DNA of 64,000 nt from an uncultured delta proteobacterium (GCA_963744665.1 CAVUUM010000003.1:62508-126507); one strand, 5' to 3'; counted from the stretch's first letter, positions 48,668 through 58,559 are shown. Notes: generated from the sequence alone by a model not told the origin. Program-made: numbers and translations.

Positions 48668-49591
48668 ATGCCTTTCCACAACAACAAAACCCATAAACCT
48701 GTAAAAGATCAAGATCTCAAGACAGTTACCTATTTTCTGCGGGTCGCCGGTCTCACCATACCCTTTGTGTGTCTTCTCGGTCTCTACATCGGTTATGCTT
48801 ACCGGGGCATGCCCGGCGCGGTTTCCGGCGTGCTCATAGCTGCCATTGCCGGGCTGGTCATCTCCACGATCGTCATGTTTTTGATGGATGCTGTAAGCGG
48901 CGCGGCCAGCAGTCTCCTCTCCGGCCGGCGGGAAGCCGTCTGGACCATACGAGAACAGGTCCAGGGATTCCTGAGCCAGGCACGTTTCAACAAGGAAAAC
49001 AAAGACTACGAGGCCGCGTTATCTTTTGTAAACAAGGTTCTTGAAAAGGATCCTGAGTTTGCCGATGCACTCTTTCTGAAAGCACAGATCCTCTGGGAAG
49101 GATTCAGCCAGTCACGCGCTGCCATCCAATTTCTTGAAAAAGTCCTCGCCCTGGAAGATGAGAATAACATGGTTCAAAACCATGCATTGCTGCTTCACAA
49201 CGACCTGAGCACGCTTGAAAATCCCCCTGACAATAGGACCATTCCCAAAGGGATCGAAATCGGTTTGCGATCGCGGAAGTCATCAATCACTCAGAAACTG
49301 ACCCATGAATCGTTTCAAGACTTGAAAGCACGTGCCAAAAATACACCCATGGCATGGTGGGCCATTTATGTCGCTACCGTCTTTGGTCTTTTCCTATTAT
49401 GTGTCCTGGTAAGTCTTAACCGCCAGATCCAGAACTTCGATCGTGTAAACACACGAATGAACCAGACCATAGAGAATACGATGAAAACGACCCAGACGCA
49501 TGCCGTCAAAATTCAGGAAATTGAAAAATCCGTCCAGGCAATGACCTCTGAATTATCCCGCATCAACAACAAACTGAACAAAAAGAAATAG
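48668..49591 (+). CDS. hypothetical membrane protein with TPR-like and coiled-coil segments
   Basis: Two N-terminal TM helices, a TPR-like stretch (YEAALSFVNKVLEKDPEFADALFLKAQI), another TM helix and a C-terminal coiled coil. Confidence 0.5.
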   Translation: MPFHNNKTHKPVKDQDLKTVTYFLRVAGLTIPFVCLLGLYIGYAYRGMPGAVSGVLIAAIAGLVISTIVMFLMDAVSGAASSLLSGRREAVWTIREQVQGFLSQARFNKENKDYEAALSFVNKVLEKDPEFADALFLKAQILWEGFSQSRAAIQFLEKVLALEDENNMVQNHALLLHNDLSTLENPPDNRTIPKGIEIGLRSRKSSITQKLTHESFQDLKARAKNTPMAWWAIYVATVFGLFLLCVLVSLNRQIQNFDRVNTRMNQTIENTMKTTQTHAVKIQEIEKSVQAMTSELSRINNKLNKKK

Positions 49592-49604
49592 CCGGAGGAA
49601 AAAG

Positions 49605-50591
49605 ATGAATCAAATAAGGTTTATTGTTTTGATGCTGACAAGCATCGTTGTCATGGGTGGATGTGCCGCTCCGCAGGTAAAACTGTTTTCTGATGCCTCG
49701 GATCCACTCAAGGAATCCATACTACAGGGAACGGAAAAAGGGAAAGTCCTGGTAGTCTCCCTGCAGGGGGTCATCTCCACCCGACCCAGGGAAGGCACCT
49801 TCCGAACAATGCCGAGCATGGTTCAGGAGCTTGCTTCTCAACTGCGCATGGCCGAAAAGGACAAGGAAATCAAATGTCTTCTCCTGAAGGTGGATTCACC
49901 CGGCGGAACAGCCACTGCCAGTGATATCCTTTACAATGAAATCCTGGCGTTCAAGGAACGCACCAAGGTCAAAATTGTGGTGTCCATGATGGACATCGCG
50001 GCCTCAGGCGGCTATTATGTGTCCCTTCCGGCAGATGTGATTTTTGCCCACCCGACAACCATCACCGGTTCCATCGGTGTTGTATTTATGCGGCCCAATG
50101 TCGCAGGACTCATCGACAAGATCGGTTTTAACATGGATGTCAATAAGTCTGGTAAAAACAAGGACATGGGTTCGCCATTCCGCCGCCCGACAGCAGAAGA
50201 AACACAGATGTTGCAGGATTTGACCGACGATCTTGCAGATCGGTTTCTCACGCTCGTGGCAAAGCATCGCAGCCTGGAAGAGACCACCCTTTCCACGATA
50301 TCCACAGCCAGGGTCTATCTTCCGGTTGAAGCCAAGGCGCTGGGGCTCATCGACAAAATCGGATACCTGGATGAAGCCATAGCAGAGGCCATTGCAATAT
50401 CGGGACTCCCTGAAAAGGCCAAGGTCGTGGCCTATCGTCGAACCGTATTTCCAAATGATAATCTTTACAATCCCTTGACCACCCGTTCGAATATTCAGGC
50501 CAGGCCTTTACTCGATCTGGGGCTCCAGAATGCGGCAACCCGTCTGTCACCCGGGTTTTACTATGTCTGGGCACCGGCTTTAGGGCTTTAA
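49605..50591 (+). CDS. sppA: signal peptide peptidase SppA (36K type, S49 family)
   Basis: VDSPGGTATASD...AASGGYYVSLPADVIFAHPTTITGSIGV. Confidence 0.85.
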   Translation: MNQIRFIVLMLTSIVVMGGCAAPQVKLFSDASDPLKESILQGTEKGKVLVVSLQGVISTRPREGTFRTMPSMVQELASQLRMAEKDKEIKCLLLKVDSPGGTATASDILYNEILAFKERTKVKIVVSMMDIAASGGYYVSLPADVIFAHPTTITGSIGVVFMRPNVAGLIDKIGFNMDVNKSGKNKDMGSPFRRPTAEETQMLQDLTDDLADRFLTLVAKHRSLEETTLSTISTARVYLPVEAKALGLIDKIGYLDEAIAEAIAISGLPEKAKVVAYRRTVFPNDNLYNPLTTRSNIQARPLLDLGLQNAATRLSPGFYYVWAPALGL

Positions 50592-50648
50592 GCTTTTAGC
50601 AATAAGCCATAAGCTGTAAGCAGCTTAATGCTTACGGCTTAGAGCTTC
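50587..50648. repeat. inverted array of NNTAAGC words
   Basis: TTTAAGCTTTTAGCAATAAGCCATAAGCTGTAAGC-A-GCTTAATGCTTACGGCTTAGAGCTTC overlaps the sppA stop. Confidence 0.85.
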
Positions 50649-50666
50649 AAACCAAGGAGGTAAACC

Positions 50667-51287
50667 ATGCATATCCAGGAGATGAAGCAAAACATTGTTT
50701 GGCTGGGTCACGACGGCTTCAGGATCGACGCATCGACATGCATTTATATCGACCCTTACCAGATCGATGGCGGCAAACCCGCGGATCTCATTCTGGTAAC
50801 CCATGAACATTTCGACCATTGTTCGCCTGAAGATGTGGCCAGAATACAACAGCCCGGAACCGTCATCATTACCGAAAAGGATTCCGCCAAAAAACTGTCC
50901 GGAGATGTCCGGGTAATGACGCCCGGAGAACAGCTGCAGCTGGAAGACCTGACAATCGAGGCCGTACCCGCTTATAACACCAACAAGGACTTCCATCCCA
51001 AAGCAAACGGATGGCTTGGGTTTATCATCAACATCGACGGGGTCAGAATTTATCATGCAGGTGACAGTGACTACATCCCGGAGATGAAGGATCTGGATGT
51101 CGACATCGCCCTCCTGCCTGTGTCCGGAACCTATGTCATGAATGCCGATGAAGCAGTGGAAGCGGCCCTGGCCATCAATCCCGGGTTGGCCATCCCCATG
51201 CATTATGGCGCCATTGTCGGTGACCAGTCCGATGCAACCCATTTCAGAGACAAGCTGGCAGGCAAGGTTGATGTCCTTATCCTTTAA
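50667..51287 (+). CDS. MBL-fold metallo-hydrolase
   Basis: LILVTHEHFDHCSPEDV motif. AGGAGG RBS. Confidence 0.8.
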   Translation: MHIQEMKQNIVWLGHDGFRIDASTCIYIDPYQIDGGKPADLILVTHEHFDHCSPEDVARIQQPGTVIITEKDSAKKLSGDVRVMTPGEQLQLEDLTIEAVPAYNTNKDFHPKANGWLGFIINIDGVRIYHAGDSDYIPEMKDLDVDIALLPVSGTYVMNADEAVEAALAINPGLAIPMHYGAIVGDQSDATHFRDKLAGKVDVLIL

Positions 51288-51400
51288 ACTTAAATTAATC
51301 TTGACTGCTGTTCGATTTCCAATTATTATTCAGTTATCGAACATAGTTCGATGAGTTTTCTCGTGCATCACTTTCACGCCAAACAGAAAAGAGGAAACCC

Positions 51401-52234
51401 GTGTACAAGGACTTGAAAGGCAAGAATGCCCTTATCACCGGGGCGGGCAAGAAAGCAGGCATCGGGTATGCTGTTGCGAAGAAACTGGCGGCTTGCGGTG
51501 TTAACGTTGCCCTGGCTGATCTGGCCACAGCGGAAAAAAACGACCCCCTCCTTACCAGCAATAAAGCACAGCTCGCGCGGCTGACCCAAACACTGGGTGA
51601 AACCTGTAAGGTCCAGACACTGGCACTGGATCTGGATGTCACCCGTTCTGAATCCGTGCAAAACATGGCTGCTGTTCTTGCAGAAGAATTCAACAACATC
51701 CATATTCTCTTTAACAATGCCGGTACGGTTTTCGGCGTCCCCAACACCATACACGCCTATGACGACAACGCCTGGATGAAAACCATCGATGTCAATCTCC
51801 ACGGTGTTTTCCGCGTATCCAAAGCAGTGGTGCCGTTGATGCTGGAAAACGGCGGCAGTATCATCAATGCCGCTTCCCAGGCCGCAAAAAAACCGCCCTT
51901 GTTCAACGGCGCTTATGCAACGGCAAAGGCCGGTGTTCTCATGATGACAAAGGTCATGGCCATGGAGCTGGCAGGAAGCGGTATCCGCGTCAATGCTGTT
52001 TGCCCGGGTGTTATCATGACCGATTTCACTCAGTGGCGCTTTGACCTCGAGGCACAGTTTTTTAATGCCACAGCCGCTGAGCGTATTGCCGAGAAATGCA
52101 AAGAAATCCCTCTGGGCAGGCTTGGTACAGCCGACGAAGTTGCCAATACAGTGGCATTCCTGGCCTCGGGCGAATCAAGTTACATGACCGGTCAGGCCCT
52201 CAACATCACCGGGGGACAGACCATGGAGCTATAG
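51401..52234 (+). CDS. short-chain dehydrogenase/reductase (SDR)
   Basis: GTG start. TGAGKKAGIG, NNAG and YATAK catalytic motif. Confidence 0.85.
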   Translation: MYKDLKGKNALITGAGKKAGIGYAVAKKLAACGVNVALADLATAEKNDPLLTSNKAQLARLTQTLGETCKVQTLALDLDVTRSESVQNMAAVLAEEFNNIHILFNNAGTVFGVPNTIHAYDDNAWMKTIDVNLHGVFRVSKAVVPLMLENGGSIINAASQAAKKPPLFNGAYATAKAGVLMMTKVMAMELAGSGIRVNAVCPGVIMTDFTQWRFDLEAQFFNATAAERIAEKCKEIPLGRLGTADEVANTVAFLASGESSYMTGQALNITGGQTMEL

Positions 52235-52237
52235 AAC

Positions 52238-52384
52238 GGTTCGAGGTTTATTGAGTTTCTTGGGTTCTTTGGGTTATGAAAAAATATTGGCTGATTTTGC
52301 TAACCCATGGCAACTCAATAAATGCAATGAACCCAATAAACCCAAAGAACATATGTTTCCTCGAACCCTTGAACCCTTGAACCC
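52238..52384. repeat. inverted arrays of GGTTCGAGG / GGGTTCTTTGGG-type words, followed by a T-run
   Basis: Left arm: GGTTCGAGGTTTATTGAGTTTCTTGGGTTCTTTGGGTTAT. Right arm: ATGAACCCAATAAACCCAAAGAAC...CCTCGAACCCTTGAACCCTTGAACCC, then TTTTTT. Confidence 0.8.
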
Positions 52385-52408
52385 TTTTTTCATATAAGGA
52401 GAAACCAA

Positions 52409-54139
52409 ATGTCCGAAATCACCGGTGGGGAACTGCTGCTGAGATGTCTTCACGCAGAGGGTATCCAATATGTCAATGCCATTACCGACGGAACCTATAT
52501 GATGGTCATTGAAGCCATCGAACGCCTGGGAGACGAACTGGGCATCAAACTCATCGTACCCCGGCATGAAGCAGCCGCAGCCCATGCCTGTGACGCCTAC
52601 ACCCGTGTTACCGGAAAGGCTGCCGTGGTAATGGCATGTGCTGGTCCCGGTGCCGCCAATCTCCTGGCAGGACTCATGTGTGCCCAGGCTGAAGGAAGTC
52701 CGGTCGTTGCCATAACCACCACCCGCCGCAGTGATATAGCCGATTCCTACGTGCATCAAGGCGGTATGCAGGTAAGCCACCACCTGGACATATTCAGACC
52801 GGCTGTCAAGTGGAACGGAAAGGTCGATCACTGGACTCGGATCCCGGATATGATCCGCCAGGCATTCCGGATGGCGACATCCGGCCGACCCGGACCGACC
52901 CATGTGCTCATACCCGAAGACATTATCAGCCAGAAAGGGGATGAGGCGAGTGTCGACATCTGGCCCCCTGAAAAATACCGCGTGACCGCCACAGCCCCGG
53001 CCGATCCGGCCCTGATTCGTCAGGCAGCAGAAATGCTGGTGAATGCGGAACTGGTCAACATCCACTGCGGCAACGGCGCCGAACGCGCAGGCGCGTCAAA
53101 AGAGGTTCTTCAACTGGCGGAATACCTGGGATGCCCGATTACTTCGACCATTCGCGCCAGGGGTATCATTCCGGATACACATGCACTCAGTTTTCACCCC
53201 ACCTGCATGTCTCGTATCGTCGCCAACGCCCAGGCCGATCTGGTCCTGGCGGTTGGAACACGCCTGGGCGAATTGAACATGTGGGGAAAACCCCCCATGT
53301 TCGGAGAACCCGGCAAACAAAAACTCATCCAAATCGATACCGAACCGACCCATATCGGTCTCAACAAACCCACGGACATCCCCCTGATCGGTGATGCCAA
53401 ATGCATCCTCTCGCAACTGACGGAGGCCGTGAAAACATTGACCGACAAACGACCGCCCCACGAAAAAATCGCAGAGTTGCGGATGATCCAGGATGAGTGG
53501 CAGAAAGAACTGGATGCATTGGTGGCCGATACACAGAAAAAACCCATGCTGACCGGTCAAATTCTGACAGCCTGCAATGATTTCTTTGACGAGGATGCCA
53601 TCTTTGTCATGGACGGCGGCAACACAACCCTGTGGGATATCCACTACCACATAGCCCGCCGGCAGCGATCGGTGATCTATTCCATGAATTACGGTCATCT
53701 GGGAACCGGTCTGCCCTATGCCATCGGCGCCAAGCTGGCCTTCCCGGACAGACCTGTCTACTGCGTCACCGGTGACAGTGCCTTTGGATTCAATATGCAG
53801 GAACTCGAAACCGCCGTGCGCAACAACCTGCCGGTCATCATCATCGTTGCCGTGGACGGTGCCTATGGCATGGAAAAAAGCGCTCAACTGAGACAATTCG
53901 GCCGGGAAGCTGACTGGTTTGGCCACGACCACGCACCGGTCCGATATGATCAGGTAGCCGTCGCCATGGGCTGTCATGGAGAATACGTGGAAACCGGTGA
54001 CGATGTTCGCCCGGCCCTGGAACGGGCTGTTCAGTCGGGAAAACCGGCGGTCATTCATGCGGTGGTGGACCCGGATGCCAATGTGGATCCTCCGGGCAAC
54101 TGGCTCTGGGCTGCGGCACGGACGGGGAAAATGGAATAA
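52409..54139 (+). CDS. thiamine-diphosphate-dependent enzyme (acetolactate synthase-like family)
   Basis: 576 aa. N-terminal Pyr domain and C-terminal GDSAFGFNMQELETAVRNNLPV ThDP motif. Substrate unknown. Confidence 0.8.
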   Translation: MSEITGGELLLRCLHAEGIQYVNAITDGTYMMVIEAIERLGDELGIKLIVPRHEAAAAHACDAYTRVTGKAAVVMACAGPGAANLLAGLMCAQAEGSPVVAITTTRRSDIADSYVHQGGMQVSHHLDIFRPAVKWNGKVDHWTRIPDMIRQAFRMATSGRPGPTHVLIPEDIISQKGDEASVDIWPPEKYRVTATAPADPALIRQAAEMLVNAELVNIHCGNGAERAGASKEVLQLAEYLGCPITSTIRARGIIPDTHALSFHPTCMSRIVANAQADLVLAVGTRLGELNMWGKPPMFGEPGKQKLIQIDTEPTHIGLNKPTDIPLIGDAKCILSQLTEAVKTLTDKRPPHEKIAELRMIQDEWQKELDALVADTQKKPMLTGQILTACNDFFDEDAIFVMDGGNTTLWDIHYHIARRQRSVIYSMNYGHLGTGLPYAIGAKLAFPDRPVYCVTGDSAFGFNMQELETAVRNNLPVIIIVAVDGAYGMEKSAQLRQFGREADWFGHDHAPVRYDQVAVAMGCHGEYVETGDDVRPALERAVQSGKPAVIHAVVDPDANVDPPGNWLWAAARTGKME

Positions 54140-54145
54140 ATGCAT

Positions 54146-54243
54146 GGTTCAAGCAATAAGCTGTAAGCTTTAAGCAATAAGCTATAAGCCATAAGCTGCT
54201 TAAGGCTTACAGCTTAAGGCTTACAGCTTGAACCCTCCGACCC
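54146..54243. repeat. long inverted array of NNTAAGC words bracketed by GGTTCAAGC/GCTTGAACC
   Basis: Seven AAGC-ending words (six of them TAAGC) are followed by four GCTTA-type words, then CTCCGACCC. Confidence 0.85.
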
Positions 54244-54318
54244 TATTAATTTCCACCCCAATGTCCCTATTGCCCCTTATGATCATAACCCCTTAAGAAC
54301 GACCCAGGAGAATGAACT

Positions 54319-55227
54319 ATGGACCCCGTAGTCATCGATCAGATCCGTCTCAATTTCAATGCCCAGGGATTGCTAGTCATCAATGCCGCCATCGGCCTGA
54401 TGATGCTTGGTGTTGCCATCGATCTGAAACTGGAAGATTTCAAGCGGATCATCAAGGCACCCAAGGCACCGGCCATCGGCCTGGTTGCCCAGTTTATCCT
54501 GCTCCCCGCATTCACATTCCTGCTGACCCTGATCATCAAGCCGCTGCCGTCGGTCGCTCTGGGAATGATTCTGGTAGCGGCATGCCCGGGTGGAAATCTG
54601 TCGAACCTGATGACCTATCTCGCCAAAGGGAACACAGCCATCTCCATCAGTATGACCGCTGTTTCCACCCTGGCGGCCATCGTCATGACACCCCTGAACC
54701 TGGCCCTCTGGGGTAGTCTCAACCCGGCTACCGCGCCCATCCTCCAGAAAGTGAGTCTGAGCCCCATGGATGTTTTCTTCACGGTGTTTATCATCCTGGG
54801 AATACCCCTTGCCATCGGCATTTTTCTGGCCCGGATCTTCCCCGGCCTGGCCGACAAGGTTCGCAAGCCATTTAAAATTTTTACCCTGGTCTTCTTCATC
54901 CTGATCGTCCTGGGCGCCCTGGCCGCCAACTGGAAGATCTTCCTCGACGTTATCGGACTGGTCATCCTGGTGGTGCTGCTTCACAATGCCCTGGCATTGA
55001 ATATCGGGTACTGGTCGGCACGACTCTTCCACCTGCCGGAAAGGGATTCACGGGCCGTGGCCATCGAGGTGGGTATTCAAAACTCGGCTCTGGGACTCGT
55101 GCTGGTATTCAATTTTTTTGGCGGTCTGGGGGGTATGGCCATCCTGGTTGGATGGTGGGGCATCTGGCATATTGTGGCCGGCCTCATTACAGCCTTTATC
55201 TTTACACGGTTTCCACTACCAGAATAA
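54319..55227 (+). CDS. bile acid:sodium symporter (BASS) family transporter
   Basis: 302 aa with multiple TM helices and the ACPGGNLSN motif. Confidence 0.85.
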   Translation: MDPVVIDQIRLNFNAQGLLVINAAIGLMMLGVAIDLKLEDFKRIIKAPKAPAIGLVAQFILLPAFTFLLTLIIKPLPSVALGMILVAACPGGNLSNLMTYLAKGNTAISISMTAVSTLAAIVMTPLNLALWGSLNPATAPILQKVSLSPMDVFFTVFIILGIPLAIGIFLARIFPGLADKVRKPFKIFTLVFFILIVLGALAANWKIFLDVIGLVILVVLLHNALALNIGYWSARLFHLPERDSRAVAIEVGIQNSALGLVLVFNFFGGLGGMAILVGWWGIWHIVAGLITAFIFTRFPLPE

Positions 55228-55264
55228 AATCACTGGGTGATTTTATCGGGCGCGGCTGCGCCGC
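55224..55264 (+). repeat. ATAAAATCA-N5-TGATTTTAT palindrome, copy 5, plus an adjacent GCGGC-N3-GCCGC hairpin
   Basis: ATAAAATCA-ctggg-TGATTTTAT-cggg-CGCGGCTGCGCCGC. The second hairpin also occurs at 33191-33204. Confidence 0.8.
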
Positions 55265-55373
55265 TTATTTATGGCCGTTGTCATAAGATTGTTCCATTTG
55301 ACGTTATTTGCCGATGAGTTTTCGGAACATTTTTTCGACAAATGCAATATGATAAAAAAGTTGGTTATGTAAT

Positions 55374-56009
55374 ATGGGGCTCAAAGAAAGAAGGAAACGG
55401 GAGATACACGAACGGCACGCCCAGATCATGGATGCGGCCAGAAAGGTATTGTTCAAACACGGCATGCCCATGGCCTCCATAAAGCGAATCGCCCAGGCAG
55501 CCGAGTTGGGCGTCGGAACCCTGTATTCCTATTTTGGAAGCAAGGAAGATATTTTTATCGCCCTGCAGGAAGAAGGGCTCGAGATGCTGGCCCAGGAAAT
55601 ACAGAAAACAGCCAAGGATGCCGAAAATCCCCTGACACGCCTCCGCAACATTGCCCTTGCCTACCTGACGTTCAGTGAAGAGGGCAAAGATTATTTTGAC
55701 ATTTTGAATTTTTTTCTGTCCTCTCCGGGGACTGTTTTTGAACCCGGTCTCAAGCAACAGATCGATGAACACGCCAGCCAGGTCCTCAATATCCTGGTGA
55801 CGGCGATCGACAACGGCAGACAGCAGGGTGTCTTTCACACAACCCACCCAAGACGCCATGCCGTTATCCTCTGGGCAACGCTGCATGGCCTGATCCAGTT
55901 CAGAAAAATGGAAGCGACCCTGTTGCCGGGGAAAGATTTCTACCGTCTCTACAACCAGGCTATCGACAGTTTTCTCAAGGACTTAGTTGACGGCAGCCAT
56001 GAGCTTTAA
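55374..56009 (+). CDS. TetR family transcriptional regulator
   Basis: HTH segment IMDAARKVLFKHGMPMASIKRIAQAAELGVGTLYSYFGSKEDIF. Confidence 0.85.
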   Translation: MGLKERRKREIHERHAQIMDAARKVLFKHGMPMASIKRIAQAAELGVGTLYSYFGSKEDIFIALQEEGLEMLAQEIQKTAKDAENPLTRLRNIALAYLTFSEEGKDYFDILNFFLSSPGTVFEPGLKQQIDEHASQVLNILVTAIDNGRQQGVFHTTHPRRHAVILWATLHGLIQFRKMEATLLPGKDFYRLYNQAIDSFLKDLVDGSHEL

Positions 56010-56037
56010 GCGGTAAGCAGTAAGCAGCTTATGGCTT
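56003..56037. repeat. NNTAAGC word array (left arm; the GCTTA arm is at 56224-56262)
   Basis: GCTTTAAGCGGTAAGCAGTAAGC-A-GCTTATGGCTT. The complementary GCTTACTGCTTATTGCTTATTGC lies on the far side of element copy D. Confidence 0.8.
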
Positions 56038-56119
56038 GATCCGCCAACCCTTCAGTACGCTGGGAAGATAGGAGGCTTGGAAGCTGGGAGGCTGCTGTCG
56101 GCGGATGGCTGTTAGCTGC

Positions 56120-56223
56120 TTATACCGCTTGTCATAATAATGTTCCGAAAATATGAGGGCGGCATAAGGGTTTGTAGCAGAAAAACGGTCCTCAATCGGA
56201 ACGTTTTTCTGACAACCCCTATA
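56120..56223 (-). mobile_element. 104-nt repeat element, copy D
   Basis: Reverse-complement copy with 2 mismatches to copy A. It lies 44 nt downstream of, and is co-oriented with, the FAD-protein gene. Confidence 0.8.
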
Positions 56224-56267
56224 ATGCTTACTGCTTATTGCTTATTGCTCACAGCTACCCTCAAACC

Positions 56268-57662
56268 CTATCTCAATATCGCCTTGGCCGGTATCAATCC
56301 AGTGGCGCTGGCAGATACGATGTTTCCGGCCACACCGGGACCGTCACCGGCCACATACATGCCTTTTATTTTGGTTTCCAGGTGGTTGTCTGTTTCAACC
56401 TGGGTGGCAAAAAATTTGATCTCCGGCGCATAGAGAAGGGTCTCGTCGTTGGAAACACCCGGCACCACAAAATTCAGTTTGTCGAGCCCTTCGATGATAT
56501 TTGTTAAAATCCTCTCTGGAAGGGCCATAGCGATATCCCCGCACACCACATTGTTCAGCGTCGGTTCAATATACCCTTTTCGAACCCGATTCCAGGTACT
56601 CCGCCGGCCCCGTTTCAGATCGCCAAAGCGCTGCAGGATCGGTCGACCGCCACCGATGAGGCTTGCCAGACTGCCAATGGCTTCCCCGTATGCCTGGTTG
56701 TCGGTCACAGGCTCTGTCAGAACCACTTTAGACAGGAACGCAAAATTTGTGTTGTTCGATTTCTGGTTGAGATATGCATGCCCGTTCACACACACGAAAT
56801 CCGCATAGGCTTCCTGGGCCACATAGCCCCCTGCATTGGTACAAAATGTCCGGGTTTCATCATCATACTTCCCCGTCTGAATAAAAAAAGTTGGATCGTA
56901 GATGATATCACACAGATCCTGCATAATATCGTTGTGAACCTCCACCCGTATCCCCACCTCAATACCCCGCTGTGCAAGCCCCAGACCATGCTTCATGGCC
57001 AGACTGCCAACCCATTCCGCACCCACGCGACCGGGCGCCAGAATGACATTACGGGTCTTGTAGCGCTTGCGATTGGTAAGAACACCAACAACGGCTCCTT
57101 TTTTTACGACGACATCTTTCACCTCTTCGGAGGTATGTATCACGACACCTCTTGATTTAATTTCCTTGGCAAGACCTTGGATATGATTTGGCAGGCAGTC
57201 ACTCCCCAGGTGTTTCTGCTTGATAATTAAGAGATCGATGCCGTACCGTTTGGCCTGTTTGCGAATATTTTTGGCTGCGGCCATGTCCGTGGGGTAAACA
57301 GGGCCGTCCATACCAAAACGGTTGAATATTTTTTCGGTCTCGTCGATAAGATCTTCGGCGCTGGGCTGAGGCATAAACTGGGTCAGGTCGGTCTTTCCCA
57401 ACTTGTGAATGTAGTTCAATTTGCCGTCTGAGAAAAGACCTGCGCCCCCAACACCGCAGAGGATATTGCAGGGGTTGCATTTTACGCAACCCTGATCTTC
57501 CTTAATCGGACATTTACGACGGGAAATGCCCTTGCCCTTCTCGATGAGCAATACATTCAGATCGGCATGTTCGCTCAGATAATATGCCGCAAACAGCCCG
57601 GCCGGCCCACCACCCACAATAATGACATCGTAGGTTTTGGGATCATTTTTGATGGTTTTCAT
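56268..57662 (-). CDS. FAD-dependent oxidoreductase (uncharacterised NAD(FAD)-dependent dehydrogenase family)
   Basis: YDVIIVGGGPAGLFAA dinucleotide fold, a Cys-rich insert CPIKEDQGCVKCNPCNILCG and C-terminal GMYVAGDGPG. Confidence 0.75.
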   Translation of the reverse strand: MKTIKNDPKTYDVIIVGGGPAGLFAAYYLSEHADLNVLLIEKGKGISRRKCPIKEDQGCVKCNPCNILCGVGGAGLFSDGKLNYIHKLGKTDLTQFMPQPSAEDLIDETEKIFNRFGMDGPVYPTDMAAAKNIRKQAKRYGIDLLIIKQKHLGSDCLPNHIQGLAKEIKSRGVVIHTSEEVKDVVVKKGAVVGVLTNRKRYKTRNVILAPGRVGAEWVGSLAMKHGLGLAQRGIEVGIRVEVHNDIMQDLCDIIYDPTFFIQTGKYDDETRTFCTNAGGYVAQEAYADFVCVNGHAYLNQKSNNTNFAFLSKVVLTEPVTDNQAYGEAIGSLASLIGGGRPILQRFGDLKRGRRSTWNRVRKGYIEPTLNNVVCGDIAMALPERILTNIIEGLDKLNFVVPGVSNDETLLYAPEIKFFATQVETDNHLETKIKGMYVAGDGPGVAGNIVSASATGLIPAKAILR

Positions 57663-57692
57663 ATGTTTATTCCTTGGTTATGAACGATGGGG

Positions 57693-58259
57693 TTAACTTA
57701 AGCCCGCATCCTCGATCATCTTTTTCAGCCCCGGTTTATTGGCGAATATCTCTTCTTGGCTAAGACCGTCCAGCTCGTGGGGAAAAACCAGCCACTGGTC
57801 GGTTTCATGGATATAATAGTCAGGTATTATTTCCGTCACATTTCTTTTTGGTTTAAACCACACGGTTGCAATACGAATGTCATTGGGAATGTTACGACGC
57901 ATTTTCTTGCGAAGCGTCTCACCAATGGCCCTGATGCTGCTGCCGGAATCAAATACGTCGTCGATGATAAGCAGTCCGTCATCCCAGTTGGCATGTCGAA
58001 CAACATACTCTAACCCGTGGACACGGATCTCTTTGCTTCTATGATCGATACCATAATAAGAAGAGGTCCGAATGGCAATATGATCGGTTTTAACGCCCAA
58101 GTAGTCCAATATTTCCTGAACCGCAATGGCTGCCGGCGTTCCGCCGCGCCAGACACCGATAATAAAACTGGGTCTGAATCCGCTTTTGAATATTTGTATC
58201 CCGAGCTCAAAGGCATCATTCAACAGTTCTTGGGCAGACAGATATCTTTTTTTGTCCAT
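57693..58259 (-). CDS. phosphoribosyltransferase (purine PRT-like)
   Basis: PRPP-binding motif LLIIDDVFDSGSS. Confidence 0.8.
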   Translation of the reverse strand: MDKKRYLSAQELLNDAFELGIQIFKSGFRPSFIIGVWRGGTPAAIAVQEILDYLGVKTDHIAIRTSSYYGIDHRSKEIRVHGLEYVVRHANWDDGLLIIDDVFDSGSSIRAIGETLRKKMRRNIPNDIRIATVWFKPKRNVTEIIPDYYIHETDQWLVFPHELDGLSQEEIFANKPGLKKMIEDAGLS

Positions 58260-58376
58260 AATAAATCAAATCCTTTGAAATTACTTTTATATCCCATATT
58301 CTTAAAATTTGAAACGTTCATCTTACATTATAGCATCCGCCTCTCTGGTTTCGCTACGCCTTAAATTACGTTTTCC

Positions 58377-58412
58377 AGAAAAAAAGGGTTAACCGATATG
58401 TTGGCTAACCCT
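58377..58412 (-). terminator. intrinsic terminator after tRNA-Leu
   Basis: On the minus strand, AAGGGTTAGCC-loop-GGTTAACCCTT is followed by TTTTTT. Confidence 0.6.
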
Positions 58413-58422
58413 TTGAATTTAC

Positions 58423-58509
58423 TTGGTGCCGGAGCCGAGAATCGAACTCGGATGACCGTAAGGTCGGAGGATTTTGAGTCCTCTGCGTCTACCAGTTTCA
58501 CCACTCCGG
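58423..58509 (-). tRNA. tRNA-Leu (anticodon CAA)
   Basis: GCCGGAGTGGTGAAACTGGTAGACGCAGAGGACTCAAAATCCTCC...GAGTTCGATTCTCGGCTCCGGCACCA. It has a 7-bp acceptor stem, a long variable arm, a GTTCGATTC T-loop and an encoded CCA. Confidence 0.9.
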
Positions 58510-58559
58510 CATTGGGTGGGTTTATAGTGAACTCCCATGCAATTGTCAATAAATTCGTT

